Of a DNA stretch of 64,000 bases, positions 26,583 to 37,442 are shown one piece after another. How positions within the stretch are numbered: position 1 is the stretch's first letter; each line of letters opens with the position of its first letter. The stretch is from positions 1 to 64,000 of the IMG/VR virus record IMGVR_UViG_3300007539_000013. One strand, written 5' to 3'. The position numbers and the translations under genes are program-made. The DNA is from a virus. The notes below the pieces were generated by a model that was not told the DNA's origin, did not search any database, and was given only the letters and a program-made list of their open reading frames with translations.

Positions 26583-27440
26583 TCATGCTTGTGGGGCTGA
26601 AGATTTATAAGTGTGACCAGACGGCAGGTTGCCATCCAGCCCCCACTTGTGAGCAAGGTATCCCTCGATCTTTTGGGTTTCAGTTAAGTCGCTGAAGAAA
26701 ACCATCTCGGCAATAAAACCTTCTACTCCTTGTTGCTCTAAATAGTTTCCGCTAATATTAATGGATGAAAAAGCGACTGAGCCTATAGTTCCAAAAGCAT
26801 CCGTTGTTCCATCAATGCGAATGGATGAACTTCCCGCATTGAATCTTGCGACCATCATTTGGGTTACGGGCTCTGTTCCTAGTGCTGAAGTTGTTGTGAT
26901 ACTTCCACCTGAATTAAGAATTTGCCAACGGCTGTCTGTTAGTCTTCTAATAGCAATACGAGTAGATGAGTCTGTCCCACTTAACAAAAAGTCCTGTTCA
27001 CTTAATCCATCGTCATCTAGTCGGTAAATAGCAGCAAAACCAAGAGCATTGTTTGCTTGATCCCATGCGAAGGAATTGTTCTCAAGGACATTGTAATTTC
27101 CACCCGTAAACTCAAAAACATCTAGTCCATTCAGAGTTCTGGTTCCATAGCTTGGCCCTGTTGAGTTATTAGTAAGTGGTTCTAGTGTGTACCCGTTGCC
27201 ACTCTTATCGGTTACCGCTGTAACCTCTGATCCGCTAGTGGTTACTGTGGATGAATCACTCGCATCCCACCAGCCCTCTATTGCTGTACTATTTGCAGGA
27301 GTCCACTCAGGACCAGGTGCTGGATTAGCCCACTTATCCTCCTTGTGGTACAAACTCATGCTCCTTAAATCATACATCCCTCTATTTTGTCCCTTAGTGG
27401 GTTCTTGGTGTGCACCAATTCTGGAACCGTTCCACCTCAT
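26583..27440 (-). CDS. LamG/concanavalin-like lectin-domain virion protein
   Basis: WTP...WWDASDSSTVT...DKSGNG and EGYLAHKWGL...LP..H.YK. Confidence 0.75.
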   Translation of the reverse strand: MRWNGSRIGAHQEPTKGQNRGMYDLRSMSLYHKEDKWANPAPGPEWTPANSTAIEGWWDASDSSTVTTSGSEVTAVTDKSGNGYTLEPLTNNSTGPSYGTRTLNGLDVFEFTGGNYNVLENNSFAWDQANNALGFAAIYRLDDDGLSEQDFLLSGTDSSTRIAIRRLTDSRWQILNSGGSITTTSALGTEPVTQMMVARFNAGSSSIRIDGTTDAFGTIGSVAFSSINISGNYLEQQGVEGFIAEMVFFSDLTETQKIEGYLAHKWGLDGNLPSGHTYKSSAPQA

Positions 27441-27814
27441 TAGGCTATTTCTTCGTATGTAATAACAGACTCTAGGTCGCCATCTGCTGATGCGGTAATA
27501 CCTATACTTGAATCCTCTCGGAGATAAATCGGGGCATCCTTATTTAAAACCAGTAGTGTAGTACCCGCAGGGACGGGCATATCTTTAGCCAAGTGAACCG
27601 CAGTCCCTCCCAAGCTTCCTTGGTTGTATAACTTGATTGTTACATTTGCGGTATTTGTGCCATCTATATTGGATACATAAACCCCCGCAACACGCATAAG
27701 CTTTCCACTTGATGCTGCATTATTGATCAATGCCGTTTCTGTTGTGCCTACAGCAACACCCGTGTGGTATCCTGTTATGTTTTTTGTTGCGTCGTTTATG
27801 TTTGGTGTAGCCAT
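27440..27814 (-). CDS. conserved phage structural beta-sandwich protein
   Basis: MATPNI...VSNIDGTN...SVITYEEI pattern. Confidence 0.7.
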   Translation of the reverse strand: MATPNINDATKNITGYHTGVAVGTTETALINNAASSGKLMRVAGVYVSNIDGTNTANVTIKLYNQGSLGGTAVHLAKDMPVPAGTTLLVLNKDAPIYLREDSSIGITASADGDLESVITYEEIA

Positions 27815-27816
27815 GA

Positions 27817-28359
27817 CTAATTAAGAATTAAATTTACTGCTAAAGATTGCATAGTAGACCCAACACCACCCGATGATAAATTGGAGGAGTAAACCATAAT
27901 TATTGGGCGATATGTACCAATTAAATTGGTGTCCGAAACTTCTGTTCCGCCTGTATCATAAAAGTTTACCCTGAATCCATTGACGGTTTTATTTGTTACA
28001 TCCATGCCACCAAAGTCAGTTAGCTCGTAATCCGTCATTACGGCGTAATCTGTGTTGGGTTGAGCTGAGTCAAATGTGAAGTCTATATAACTACTTGTGC
28101 CAGACACATAGGTCATTGCACTAGCAGTCATGCCCGTGTACTGCTTAGATGGTGTGGTTTGAGTTAATGCTGCAAATGCAAATGGCGAAGCCCCTCCTAC
28201 GCTTGACTGATTTATATCAGCAAGTACAAGAATATCATTACCTGACCTCCCATATATTTTTCGGTCAGCGTAGTTGATGGCGATCTCACCATCCGCAAGG
28301 TTGCTAGTACTAGGGACAACGCCCCCAGTACTAGACCTTTTTGGAAGTATCTTAGCCAA
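27817..28359 (-). CDS. fibre-associated protein with Mtd-N-like N-terminus
   Basis: KRSSTGGVVPSTSNLADGEIAINYADRKIY. Confidence 0.7.
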   Translation of the reverse strand: MAKILPKRSSTGGVVPSTSNLADGEIAINYADRKIYGRSGNDILVLADINQSSVGGASPFAFAALTQTTPSKQYTGMTASAMTYVSGTSSYIDFTFDSAQPNTDYAVMTDYELTDFGGMDVTNKTVNGFRVNFYDTGGTEVSDTNLIGTYRPIIMVYSSNLSSGGVGSTMQSLAVNLILN

Positions 28360-28361
28360 TT

Positions 28362-28925
28362 TTAGGAATAAGTTCCACCGTCGACCACTTGATTAGCTTG
28401 ATCAAGAGTGGCGGTTGATGAAAATCCAATAACGAAACCAGCGTCAGTTGATCCGGTAACTGAAATATCAGCACCTGAATCTGCGGCACTAACTCCACTA
28501 TTGGTGTTATCAATGGTGTCCCAGGATGTGCCATTGTAGACAACTGCATCACCAACATTTACAAAAAATGAATCAGTGGCATCAGTACCACCATCGGGCA
28601 TTACAAAACCTGCTGTGGAGATTCTGTAATAATCCCCTGTACTTGGGCTTGCAGGTAGTTCTGTGGAACTAGAAGCAGCGTCAGTGGATGCTTGCCCGTT
28701 ACCTGCCTGAGCGCCTTTGTACTCAAATGCGGATGACAAGCCACCAATAGCCGTGGAAATCGCAGTGTTTACTTGCGTTTCGTCAATGAACTTGAATGTG
28801 CCATTTCCTGCGGTGTTACCCAAGAATAGGTTTCCGTCTGCGGTGTTACATGAGATTTGACCAGTTGCTTGCGGAGGAGTTCCATCACCCGTGCTGGTCT
28901 TGCGAGTTAGTTTAATAATAGCCAT
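28362..28925 (-). CDS. fibre connector protein
   Basis: GQISCNTADGNLF N-terminus; GDYY...VGDAVVYNGTSWDTIDNT; C-terminal DGGTYS. Confidence 0.7.
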   Translation of the reverse strand: MAIIKLTRKTSTGDGTPPQATGQISCNTADGNLFLGNTAGNGTFKFIDETQVNTAISTAIGGLSSAFEYKGAQAGNGQASTDAASSSTELPASPSTGDYYRISTAGFVMPDGGTDATDSFFVNVGDAVVYNGTSWDTIDNTNSGVSAADSGADISVTGSTDAGFVIGFSSTATLDQANQVVDGGTYS

Positions 28926-28952
28926 GATTTATGATTAGTTGATTGTTTTGAT

Positions 28953-29153
28953 TTAGGAGTATGTCCCTCCGTCTATTTCGGTTTCAAGAGCCTCTACCCG
29001 AACCTCTACATTTTCAAGGGACACAGTCGTTGCTCTTAAATTTATTAAATCCAGAAGCTCTTGATTGGTTTCTGTCGAGCTATCCAGAATGGTTGAAATT
29101 TCTGATTTTATAAAGCTTCCAACTTTAAATAGATCTGTATCTTCTGTTGCCAT
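28953..29153 (-). CDS. small coiled-coil fibre protein
   Basis: Start MATEDT overlaps upstream stop; RVEALE coil; C-terminal IDGGTYS. Confidence 0.65.
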   Translation of the reverse strand: MATEDTDLFKVGSFIKSEISTILDSSTETNQELLDLINLRATTVSLENVEVRVEALETEIDGGTYS

Positions 29154-32100
29154 TATGGAGCTTCCGTTGGAGTTCCAGTGGTCGCAAATTCCCACTGTGT
29201 CCCTCTGTTAGACAAGTTAAACCACGACCAGACCCCACTTGATATATTAGTCGAGTGGGTTGTGTAAGGATAATCCCTTGGATTATCAGGGTCTTCTGCC
29301 CTAATTAGCGTTTGATCCTGACTTATTCCCGTCGTGCGGAATACTGTTCCTGCAGGATGTTCAATTGCTGTTCCCGTTCTCGTATTAGTATAGGGCACTA
29401 AAAAATAAATGTGATGCGCTCCGACCTCATCAACAAAATTATTTAAATCAAAGTATGGGTCGGGTACATACGGAACTTCAGGTTGTACATCCGTACCATC
29501 CGTACCATCCGTACCATCCGTACCACCTCCATCCGGAATTGTATTACCATATCCATTTAGGAAATCTTGGTAACTTCCAGTTACACTATTAAGCCCAACA
29601 GAAAGATTTTCTGCTGTCTTAATAGCACGGCCGATTTTAAAAAGAATTGAATTCGTATCAGTTCCTGCGGGTGGTGCCGTATATGTGGTTAAAACTACTT
29701 TTGCAGGCTCAGTCCCGCCAGGTATGTCAACAACATCTCCATCCTGATAACCAGTACCATCATCTGTAATAGTTGGGTCTTTTACCCCTCCGTCATCATT
29801 CACATCGTAGCTAACTTTAAGGCCTGTTCCTGAGCCGCCTGTTGTTGGAACATCTGTACCCGGAGAAGTATAGCCAGAGCCCGTGTCTATGACTGTTGGT
29901 GTGGTAAATGTACAAAAATTCAGTAAACTCGTTGGCGGAGTGAAGTTGCCTGTGTAGACCGCTTTTTTACTGATGCGGATGTCTTGTATGGCTCCACTGG
30001 AATAATTAGGAGTCACCCGATAACCGATTGTGTGGTCCTGAATTTTGTTGAAATTCCATGTGTTGAGCGCGTCACTGGTTGCTACTTGCTGACCGTCGTA
30101 CCAGATGCTACAACCAGTTGATGTTCTGGTGAATGCCACATGATGGAACTGCCCATCAAATTTAAATACTCCTAAACCGGTCTCCACCCGATTAGCAGTG
30201 TTATTACCATGCATGCTGAAGCCGATCACTCCAAGTGTATTAGCACCGAAGAACCAATCATCTAGCTGAGCAACATTACCATGAGGCAGATTTTGCAGTA
30301 TGGTGAAATAATCTGATCCATCGCTTTTAATCCAAGCTTCTATGGTGAAGTCACTGGTACCAAACGCCAGTGTGTCGCTACTTGATACTGTCAAATAATC
30401 TCCGTTACCATCAAAATTGATTGTTCCACCACCAAACAGTGTGGCAGTGTTGTCCACAACTGTATCACCAACTACAGTGATCTCATGATTGTTACCGCTT
30501 TTATCAGTGATCGTATCTCCAGAAGAAGGTTGAATATGTAAAACTACTTCTTCGCAAGTTGGCTCACTTGGAGGTGTCACAGCAACACTTAATGTGGTGG
30601 GTGGGGTAAAGTCTCCGGGGTAAACAGCCGTTTTGCTGATGCGAACATCTTGAATGTATCCATCATACTGAAGGGTGCCATTGGGCCATGAATGTCTTCC
30701 TACACGGAGTGCGTGGTATGAATTTGCAGTAGAATGAGAGCCCCCAACAGATTCTCCCACTAATACACCATTAACAAATAATTTGTACGTATTGAAATTG
30801 CGGCATACTGCAATATGATACCATGTGTTGAAATTTACTGTTCCTCCAGTAATGTTGACAACTGGACTCCCTTGGGCCCCGCTTGTTATCCTAAAAGTGA
30901 AGCCATCAGTACCTGCCCATAAACCAATTCCCAACGAAGTCGTGCTTCCACCTGTCGCTATAATGCTCGACCTTAAATCACTCCCCCCCCAATTACTTGA
31001 GTCCCCCCAGTCTGATAGATTTGCCCAGCACTCTACTGTGTAATCAGTGGTGCCATCATGCAGGAATTTGAATGTACTTTCATCTCCTATCTGTAAATAA
31101 TCACCTGTGCCATCAAAAGCCATACTCGTAGAACCCAAGTAAGCTTCGGTAGTACTATGCTGTGTGTCCCCGAGAACTGATACTGAACGACTATTGTAAC
31201 TTAAGTCAGTAAATGTAGTATTACCGTCAGTGGTGTTACTTTGAATAAGCAGTTCTATATCTTCACGACTTGGTTGTACGGGCTCACAACTCAATGAGTA
31301 AACATAAACTGAACCTGAGTCGGTGCCAGCGTCATCACCAAATAATGAACCAACTGCTAGGTGGTCACCATCAAGACTCACACCGACACCGAAATAGTCA
31401 TTAGTCACAGTGTCTGTGGCGCGAAACTTGTGTGTTTGTGTCCAGGTGCCATTCAGTAGTTCGAATATGTACACCGAACCACTATTAGCATCAGTGTCAT
31501 CGTCAGCATGTGCACCAACTGCTAGTCGTGTACCAAGCAGACTCACATCAATACCGAAATAGTCACCGGCCGCAGTGTCATTGCCCTGAAACTTATGGAT
31601 TTGTACCCACGAGTTATTCTGCAACTCAAAGATGTACGCCGACCCACTTTCGGAACTAGTTTCATGGTCAGGATGCGCACCAACTGCTAGTCGGTCACCA
31701 TTCAGACTCACAGACCTACCAAAACGGTCACCAGCCACAGTGTCATTGCCCTGAAACTTGTGTGTCTGCGTCCACGTACCATTCAGCAGTTCGAATATGT
31801 AAACTGATCCACTATTAGTACCAGCGTCGTCGTCATCATGTGCACCAACCGCTAGTCGTGCACCTTCCAAGCTAACGCCGATACCAAAATAGTCATTAGC
31901 CGCAGTGTCTGTGGCACGAAACTTATGGGTTTGTACCCACAAATTATTCTGTAACTCAAAGATGTAAACTGACCCACTGTCGGTGCCAGCGTCGTCGTCA
32001 GCATGCGCACCAACTGCTAGTTGGTTGCCATCCAAACTAACACTGCGACCAAAACGATCATTAGCTACAGTGTCGTTACCCTGAAACTTATGGGTCTGTG

Positions 32101-33823
32101 TCCATGCACCATTTTGTAACTCGTAGATATATACACTGCCACTGTCGGTGCCAGCGTCATCATCATAATGCGCACCAACTGCTAGTCGTGTGCCATCAAT
32201 GCTGGCACTGATACCAAAACGATCACCATTAGAGCCATCTGATGCTACAATTTTTTGTAATAACTGTGGGCAGATTTCGGTGGGTTGCTGTACAGTAACT
32301 TCAGATATTGTGGCGGTTACCGTACTAGATGCAGATCCATCACCAATAACCGGGTAATATGTACCACTAGCTACTCCTGTTATTTGATAAGAAGTCCCAC
32401 CATTAACTGAGTAATCAAGCGTGCCATTATCTGCGTCAAATGTAAAAGTAACGGTATCTCCACTGCGTACTTGAGTAAGGGAGTTTTGGCTGGAAGAAGA
32501 TTGGACATACTCTGTAACATAACTTAAGCCGCCTTGTGCATATATCCCGTAGGAATTACTAGATGCGCCAATGAATGTATTAGTGGCGGCTGGGTTCTGC
32601 TCACTTGTAATACCTAAAAATATACCCGAACCAATCGTATCTACTGTAAAATCAAATGAATATGTTCCACTTGAAATAGTTTTTGTACTAACTGCTCTGC
32701 GGAAAGTCGACGTACCAGTCTGAGCGGTTAAGTTATTATTACTTAGCGTGACACCATTGTTGTATGACGTGGAGAATGCAATCTCGCCTGAGTTGTCAGT
32801 CGAAATACTAATATCCTCACCTTCAGATATTGTGGCAATTACTGTTTTATCAGCGGCTCCACTACCAATGACTGGGTAATATGTACCAGCAGGAACTGCT
32901 TCACCCTGCATTTCAAATGCAGCGCCGCCATTTAATGAGTAATGAATTTTTCCATTATCCGCATCAAAGGTAAAAGCAATAGTATCTCCTTCAACTACAT
33001 TTACGTTGAAGTTTGCAGGTATATCCCCTAATGATCCAGTCCCTGGATTATACTCCTGAACATAACCATAGTTTGGTCGGGCATATATTCCGTGTGAGTT
33101 ACTAGATGAACCAATAAATACATTGGAGCTATCTGGATTCTCCTCACTTGTGATGCCTAGAAATATACCAGCAGCAATTTTATCTATCGTGAACTCAAGG
33201 GAGAGTTTTCCACTTGAAGCAGATATTGAACTAACTGCTCTGCGGAAAGTCGTAGTACTTGTCTCAGCAGTTGTATTATTATTACTTAGTGTAACACCAG
33301 AGTTGTATGTTGTGGAGAATTGAGGGCCTACTGCAATAACATCTACAGTACGAGTAACCTCAGTAGCCACATTTCCAGCGGCATCTGTGTAATTGTAAGC
33401 AATAGTATATGTACCAACCGTAGAAGTATCTACTGATCCTGTTACTACTGCGTCACCCGAACCATCTACATTGTCTGTCCATGTAGCACCTTGCTCGGTG
33501 TAAGTATCTCCTTGCGTTAGAGTTATACTAGCATCACCTGTTAGAGTGATTACTGGTTTTTCTGTATCTGATACATAAAGCTCATAATATGTGCCTAGGT
33601 CTGCTGGGTCTAAATACCTAGTTTGACCATTATAGGTAACCTCGTAATTGTATGAAGTGTAAAAGTAATTAATTCGTACAAGCTCTGCGGTTTCTCCCTC
33701 AGGAAAAAATATTGGGTAACTGTAGCTCCAACCACCACCACCACTAGTCGCTACTGCACCATAAATCTTTGCGTAGTCGTATAGGGAAACAAATGTGTCA
33801 CCAGGATTAAAAGATGTACTCAT
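29153..33823 (-). CDS. large multidomain adhesin-like virion protein (Ig-like, 2 SPRY-like, FG-GAP propeller, 2 LamG)
   Basis: DTEKPVITLTG...TDAAGN Ig-like domain; two TYYPVIG repeats; six FG..V.L.G..LAVG repeats; FDGTGDYL/DFTIEAW LamG domains. Confidence 0.85.
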   Translation of the reverse strand: MSTSFNPGDTFVSLYDYAKIYGAVATSGGGGWSYSYPIFFPEGETAELVRINYFYTSYNYEVTYNGQTRYLDPADLGTYYELYVSDTEKPVITLTGDASITLTQGDTYTEQGATWTDNVDGSGDAVVTGSVDTSTVGTYTIAYNYTDAAGNVATEVTRTVDVIAVGPQFSTTYNSGVTLSNNNTTAETSTTTFRRAVSSISASSGKLSLEFTIDKIAAGIFLGITSEENPDSSNVFIGSSSNSHGIYARPNYGYVQEYNPGTGSLGDIPANFNVNVVEGDTIAFTFDADNGKIHYSLNGGAAFEMQGEAVPAGTYYPVIGSGAADKTVIATISEGEDISISTDNSGEIAFSTSYNNGVTLSNNNLTAQTGTSTFRRAVSTKTISSGTYSFDFTVDTIGSGIFLGITSEQNPAATNTFIGASSNSYGIYAQGGLSYVTEYVQSSSSQNSLTQVRSGDTVTFTFDADNGTLDYSVNGGTSYQITGVASGTYYPVIGDGSASSTVTATISEVTVQQPTEICPQLLQKIVASDGSNGDRFGISASIDGTRLAVGAHYDDDAGTDSGSVYIYELQNGAWTQTHKFQGNDTVANDRFGRSVSLDGNQLAVGAHADDDAGTDSGSVYIFELQNNLWVQTHKFRATDTAANDYFGIGVSLEGARLAVGAHDDDDAGTNSGSVYIFELLNGTWTQTHKFQGNDTVAGDRFGRSVSLNGDRLAVGAHPDHETSSESGSAYIFELQNNSWVQIHKFQGNDTAAGDYFGIDVSLLGTRLAVGAHADDDTDANSGSVYIFELLNGTWTQTHKFRATDTVTNDYFGVGVSLDGDHLAVGSLFGDDAGTDSGSVYVYSLSCEPVQPSREDIELLIQSNTTDGNTTFTDLSYNSRSVSVLGDTQHSTTEAYLGSTSMAFDGTGDYLQIGDESTFKFLHDGTTDYTVECWANLSDWGDSSNWGGSDLRSSIIATGGSTTSLGIGLWAGTDGFTFRITSGAQGSPVVNITGGTVNFNTWYHIAVCRNFNTYKLFVNGVLVGESVGGSHSTANSYHALRVGRHSWPNGTLQYDGYIQDVRISKTAVYPGDFTPPTTLSVAVTPPSEPTCEEVVLHIQPSSGDTITDKSGNNHEITVVGDTVVDNTATLFGGGTINFDGNGDYLTVSSSDTLAFGTSDFTIEAWIKSDGSDYFTILQNLPHGNVAQLDDWFFGANTLGVIGFSMHGNNTANRVETGLGVFKFDGQFHHVAFTRTSTGCSIWYDGQQVATSDALNTWNFNKIQDHTIGYRVTPNYSSGAIQDIRISKKAVYTGNFTPPTSLLNFCTFTTPTVIDTGSGYTSPGTDVPTTGGSGTGLKVSYDVNDDGGVKDPTITDDGTGYQDGDVVDIPGGTEPAKVVLTTYTAPPAGTDTNSILFKIGRAIKTAENLSVGLNSVTGSYQDFLNGYGNTIPDGGGTDGTDGTDGTDVQPEVPYVPDPYFDLNNFVDEVGAHHIYFLVPYTNTRTGTAIEHPAGTVFRTTGISQDQTLIRAEDPDNPRDYPYTTHSTNISSGVWSWFNLSNRGTQWEFATTGTPTEAP
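29488..29523. repeat. 4 x 9-bp tandem repeat CATCCGTAC (encodes GTD)
   Basis: Seen directly in sequence. Confidence 0.9.
31300..32250 (-). repeat. six ~165-bp FG-GAP repeats
   Basis: Closely similar DNA and protein repeats. Confidence 0.85.
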
Positions 33824-34392
33824 GATGCGAAATTCGCAGTTAGGTTTCTAGCTTCCGACATCGTAATCGTTGTGGTTGCTGTGTTTGATTCACCTGCAAG
33901 TAATCCAGTCCACCCGGAGAATGTATATGGGCTGGATGCAACAGCAGATATTTCAACCTGCTCGCCATCTGGATATGAATTGTAATTTCTGTCCGATCCT
34001 GTGATTGAGGCTGACCCACCTGTATTTGCTGTTACAGTAAGCTCAAATAGCTGATTAAATACGTCCCCATTTATCCCTGCTTGAAAGTATGCGAGGGCAT
34101 TATCCTCAAGCAAATCATGATGATACATAAGGTAATCTATTGCATCACCTGCTGTTTCTATAAAACTAGGGAATAGGTTAGATCCATCATTTGACCATTC
34201 GGTACCACCCAATCCCTCGAGATAAGAAAGTTCAGACCACTTACTTGTGCCGTCTCCTAGTTTTAATTTGTTAAGATTTGTATTATAAGCGGGCTCCCCG
34301 GCCATCAAAACAGGATCATACTGCTCCCACTCCTGTGTACTCCCCTTTCGAAATGTTATTCGAGCGGTTACAAATCTATTCGGCTGAGGCAT
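33820..34392 (-). CDS. Mtd-N/hyaluronidase-N domain plus InlB B-repeat-like domain protein
   Basis: FRKGSTQEW...PVLMAGE...KLGDGTSKWSEL; YTFSGWTG...LTANF. Confidence 0.8.
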   Translation of the reverse strand: MPQPNRFVTARITFRKGSTQEWEQYDPVLMAGEPAYNTNLNKLKLGDGTSKWSELSYLEGLGGTEWSNDGSNLFPSFIETAGDAIDYLMYHHDLLEDNALAYFQAGINGDVFNQLFELTVTANTGGSASITGSDRNYNSYPDGEQVEISAVASSPYTFSGWTGLLAGESNTATTTITMSEARNLTANFAS

Positions 34393-34415
34393 GTTACAAT
34401 ATTATTCGTGTTACA
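34392..34415 (-). promoter_or_regulatory. TGTWACA-N10-TGTWACA element, copy 7
   Basis: Minus strand TGTAACA CGAATAATAT TGTAACA; last A is the A of ATG 34392. Confidence 0.8.
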
Positions 34416-34755
34416 CTGAATATAAATTATCTCGCACAGACTGCAAGATTTGATTCGTTACTTCTAGTGTCTGATTTGTCTCCAATATTGTATTAGTGAC
34501 ACTAGAGTCCAGGTTTGAAATGGCTAAATTTGTTGAGTCACCCTGAGTTCTTAATCCATCAGCAAGGTCTTTCTGAAAGAATATTGTTAATTGATCCTGA
34601 ACTCGATCGAGATTTATTCTTAAGTCTTCATACCAATCATTAAATCTTTTATCGAATTTCTTCTCATCTTCACCTTTTTTGGGTAAGGCATCATTATCAG
34701 GAAACGAAGGCTCCGTGTTGCGCTGAAATGTATTAACTGGCAGTATATCCGTCAT
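34411..34755 (-). CDS. small tail protein
   Basis: ATGA-coupled to nozzle gene; coiled-coil C-terminus. Confidence 0.6.
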   Translation of the reverse strand: MTDILPVNTFQRNTEPSFPDNDALPKKGEDEKKFDKRFNDWYEDLRINLDRVQDQLTIFFQKDLADGLRTQGDSTNLAISNLDSSVTNTILETNQTLEVTNQILQSVRDNLYSV

Positions 34756-37442
34756 CCTTGATTAATTGTTTGTGTAGTTGATCTCGTATCAATCCCACTA
34801 ACCTCAAATGTTCTTCCAACTAACTTAACTGGGTTATCTATTACCAATGGAAGGTTATCGTCCCAATAATAAATATTCGACCTGTCACTACCTATCTTTG
34901 ACTTAACATATCCATACTCAGTATATCCAAAATGCTCATAGGTAGGCTCTACTATAACTTGATCCCTTAGATATGGAGCCTGAATAAGAAGGGGGATCAT
35001 GTTTTCATCTACTATATCATTTAAAATAACATAGTCTAATCCACCACCTAGGGTCTGTATTTCCTCTGTGCCCTGTGGTGCAGTATTTGTGCTTATCCTA
35101 ACTTTTACTGGAGTTGTTCCGTACTTAGAAGATAACTCTAACACATAAGATCTTATTTCTTTATCAGAAAAAGAATCACCAAAATCTATCAATCCGCTCT
35201 TGATCGCAGACCGATAACCATAACCAATTCTGTTATATATTCTGTACGGTTTGGTCTCACCCCTCTTTGGAGGGCCATAACCATACCTCACGATACAACC
35301 CCCATACCTTGCGTCTTCTCGGTAATCAGACCCAATATACAAACTTGTATTATCCCAAGCCTGATGAACTGCCATTAGAAACCATAACTCATCCGGGCCG
35401 ACTCTGTTGTATTTTGGTCTCCTGATGGTAAAGCAAGAGGTAAATGAGGCATCTATCTGTGATAATGTTTCATTTACATAATCATACGCAATAACTCCCC
35501 AATTTATTACAGGATTGTTAGTTTGCTCACCAAACTCATCGACATAGTTTCCTGCAGAATCCTCCTTATAGCCAATAGGGCAATTTATAAATATCTCCCT
35601 AGTTACTGGATTATCCACAGCATATACAAATTCCGATAACTCCGGAGGAACCATTTGCCAGAAAGGCGGGCCAAGCTCAAACTTATCAACAACCTTTGGC
35701 TCTACGGAAGATCTATTAATTACATAAACTCCGCTATTTCCCATAAACAAGTGCTGGTTCCCGCCAAGATTTATTATTGTGTGGCGAAAATCAGGAACCC
35801 TGCCCCCTTGGTATCGTGGATCGACAGCAAAAGGAGTGTAAGGCGAATTTGTAGTGGTTACAAAATAGAAGCCCGTATCCCTATAAACAACGAGCTTGTC
35901 TGCTAGTTCTTTTATTTTTGTCACCCTGGATCCATCTTGGACAAGCTCATAAAATGCCGCTGGCTTCTTTATTTGCTCTACATAAGGTCGGATAACCACT
36001 CGATACTTTCCGTCAATCAACGGCTGCCCTGTAGTGGGATCAAGTAATACTACATTAGATTGATTCTTATCAATTAAAGTTCCAGAAGAACTAATAAATA
36101 TACCTGAAGATAATGACCCTATGGATGTAATCATCTGGGTAATGATTTCAGCCTCAGTAAATCCTTTATTTACCGTATCCAACTCATCTCGCACTCCATA
36201 CTTGGCAACTAAAGAATTAATCGCAGAGCTTCTTTCTGTAGATGCAAAGTTCTCATTATCATACTTAATTGCACTAATTGACTCATAGGATGAGTCACTT
36301 GAGGGCGTGAAGTAAATAGACATGTGGTCTACATCCCCATAGTTGCCATTGAAAAATGTACGATATAATGAACCTGGCTCATCAATAGGAAAATTATAAT
36401 CCTGCACGAATGTGTAGGTTCCATTTGATATAAATAAGTCACCTGGTAAACCCCCGCCTTCGGGAATCATGGTGTTGGTTGTTGGGTCTATTACGCCTGT
36501 ATTAAATAGCTTTGGGTCGGCTTCAGAAGAATAGATTATTCGATATTGAAATCTTTGTGTCTGCACGGATGCGGCCGGCATATCGGTGTTATAGCCTAAA
36601 TCAGCCCAATCCTCGCCTTCATCGACATCGGGAATTATTTTTCCGTATGGGTTAGTGGCATACTTGAACCAATTATCATACCCTGAGGATATTAGTGTTA
36701 AATCTCCACATACTAATCTGTCCTGAAATTTACCTATTGTTCCAACGGAAACTACCCCATTTTCTCGTAATCCATACAGGGGAACTACATAACTCCATTC
36801 GCTTTTGTAGATTACAGGTAAATCGATTCCATTATTAATTATTAAATGGTTTTGAATCTCAATAAATTCCCATCTGTATGCACCACCCTCAAATGGGTCT
36901 TTGTATGTGCCATCCGACTCCTTTGAGTCCATGTGATAATTTATCACATTTCTTGTTGGGTGCATTATTGGTTGCCAAGTAAAGTCATCAGCATCGTTAC
37001 TAAAATAGTCTACATCCCTTAATGTCTCGGGTGCATCAAGCCCATCTTCTGTTGCGTATTCCTGCACTGGAGATGTGTTTAGAATATCACTTGAATCAAT
37101 AGCGTACCTTCTGTCTCCAGATAATAGCTTATAGATAGTACCTCCCGCAATCGCTATAAGGACAGGAGTTCCATCAGTTCCCGTAAATTGATACATGCCC
37201 CGTATAGGATAATCAGAATTCAAGGCATCATCATTTCCGGTGGGATTAAATAAGTCCCATCCTTCCCTTCTTAGCTCACCATCAGTTTCCCTTCTAAAAT
37301 TTAGCTTCTGCGTGTAATTAGCAGATGAAGTAAGGTAATTTGTGGCTTGAGATAAAGGAACATCATCAGACGCAGAACCAACTAACTGGCCACCCTGTGA
37401 TGGGTGAATAGTTATATTTTTATATCTTTTTTTTGCCATCAA
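34752..37442 (-). CDS. tail nozzle / tubular protein B (P22 gp10-like) candidate
   Basis: 896 aa beta-rich; SGLIDFGDSFSDKEIR; position after adaptor and fibre. Confidence 0.65.
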   Translation of the reverse strand: MMAKKRYKNITIHPSQGGQLVGSASDDVPLSQATNYLTSSANYTQKLNFRRETDGELRREGWDLFNPTGNDDALNSDYPIRGMYQFTGTDGTPVLIAIAGGTIYKLLSGDRRYAIDSSDILNTSPVQEYATEDGLDAPETLRDVDYFSNDADDFTWQPIMHPTRNVINYHMDSKESDGTYKDPFEGGAYRWEFIEIQNHLIINNGIDLPVIYKSEWSYVVPLYGLRENGVVSVGTIGKFQDRLVCGDLTLISSGYDNWFKYATNPYGKIIPDVDEGEDWADLGYNTDMPAASVQTQRFQYRIIYSSEADPKLFNTGVIDPTTNTMIPEGGGLPGDLFISNGTYTFVQDYNFPIDEPGSLYRTFFNGNYGDVDHMSIYFTPSSDSSYESISAIKYDNENFASTERSSAINSLVAKYGVRDELDTVNKGFTEAEIITQMITSIGSLSSGIFISSSGTLIDKNQSNVVLLDPTTGQPLIDGKYRVVIRPYVEQIKKPAAFYELVQDGSRVTKIKELADKLVVYRDTGFYFVTTTNSPYTPFAVDPRYQGGRVPDFRHTIINLGGNQHLFMGNSGVYVINRSSVEPKVVDKFELGPPFWQMVPPELSEFVYAVDNPVTREIFINCPIGYKEDSAGNYVDEFGEQTNNPVINWGVIAYDYVNETLSQIDASFTSCFTIRRPKYNRVGPDELWFLMAVHQAWDNTSLYIGSDYREDARYGGCIVRYGYGPPKRGETKPYRIYNRIGYGYRSAIKSGLIDFGDSFSDKEIRSYVLELSSKYGTTPVKVRISTNTAPQGTEEIQTLGGGLDYVILNDIVDENMIPLLIQAPYLRDQVIVEPTYEHFGYTEYGYVKSKIGSDRSNIYYWDDNLPLVIDNPVKLVGRTFEVSGIDTRSTTQTINQG

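Noticed and set aside
33820-34392. Diversity-generating retroelement suggested by the Mtd-N-like domain
   Set aside because: No reverse transcriptase or adenine-variant TR/VR pair seen in the window
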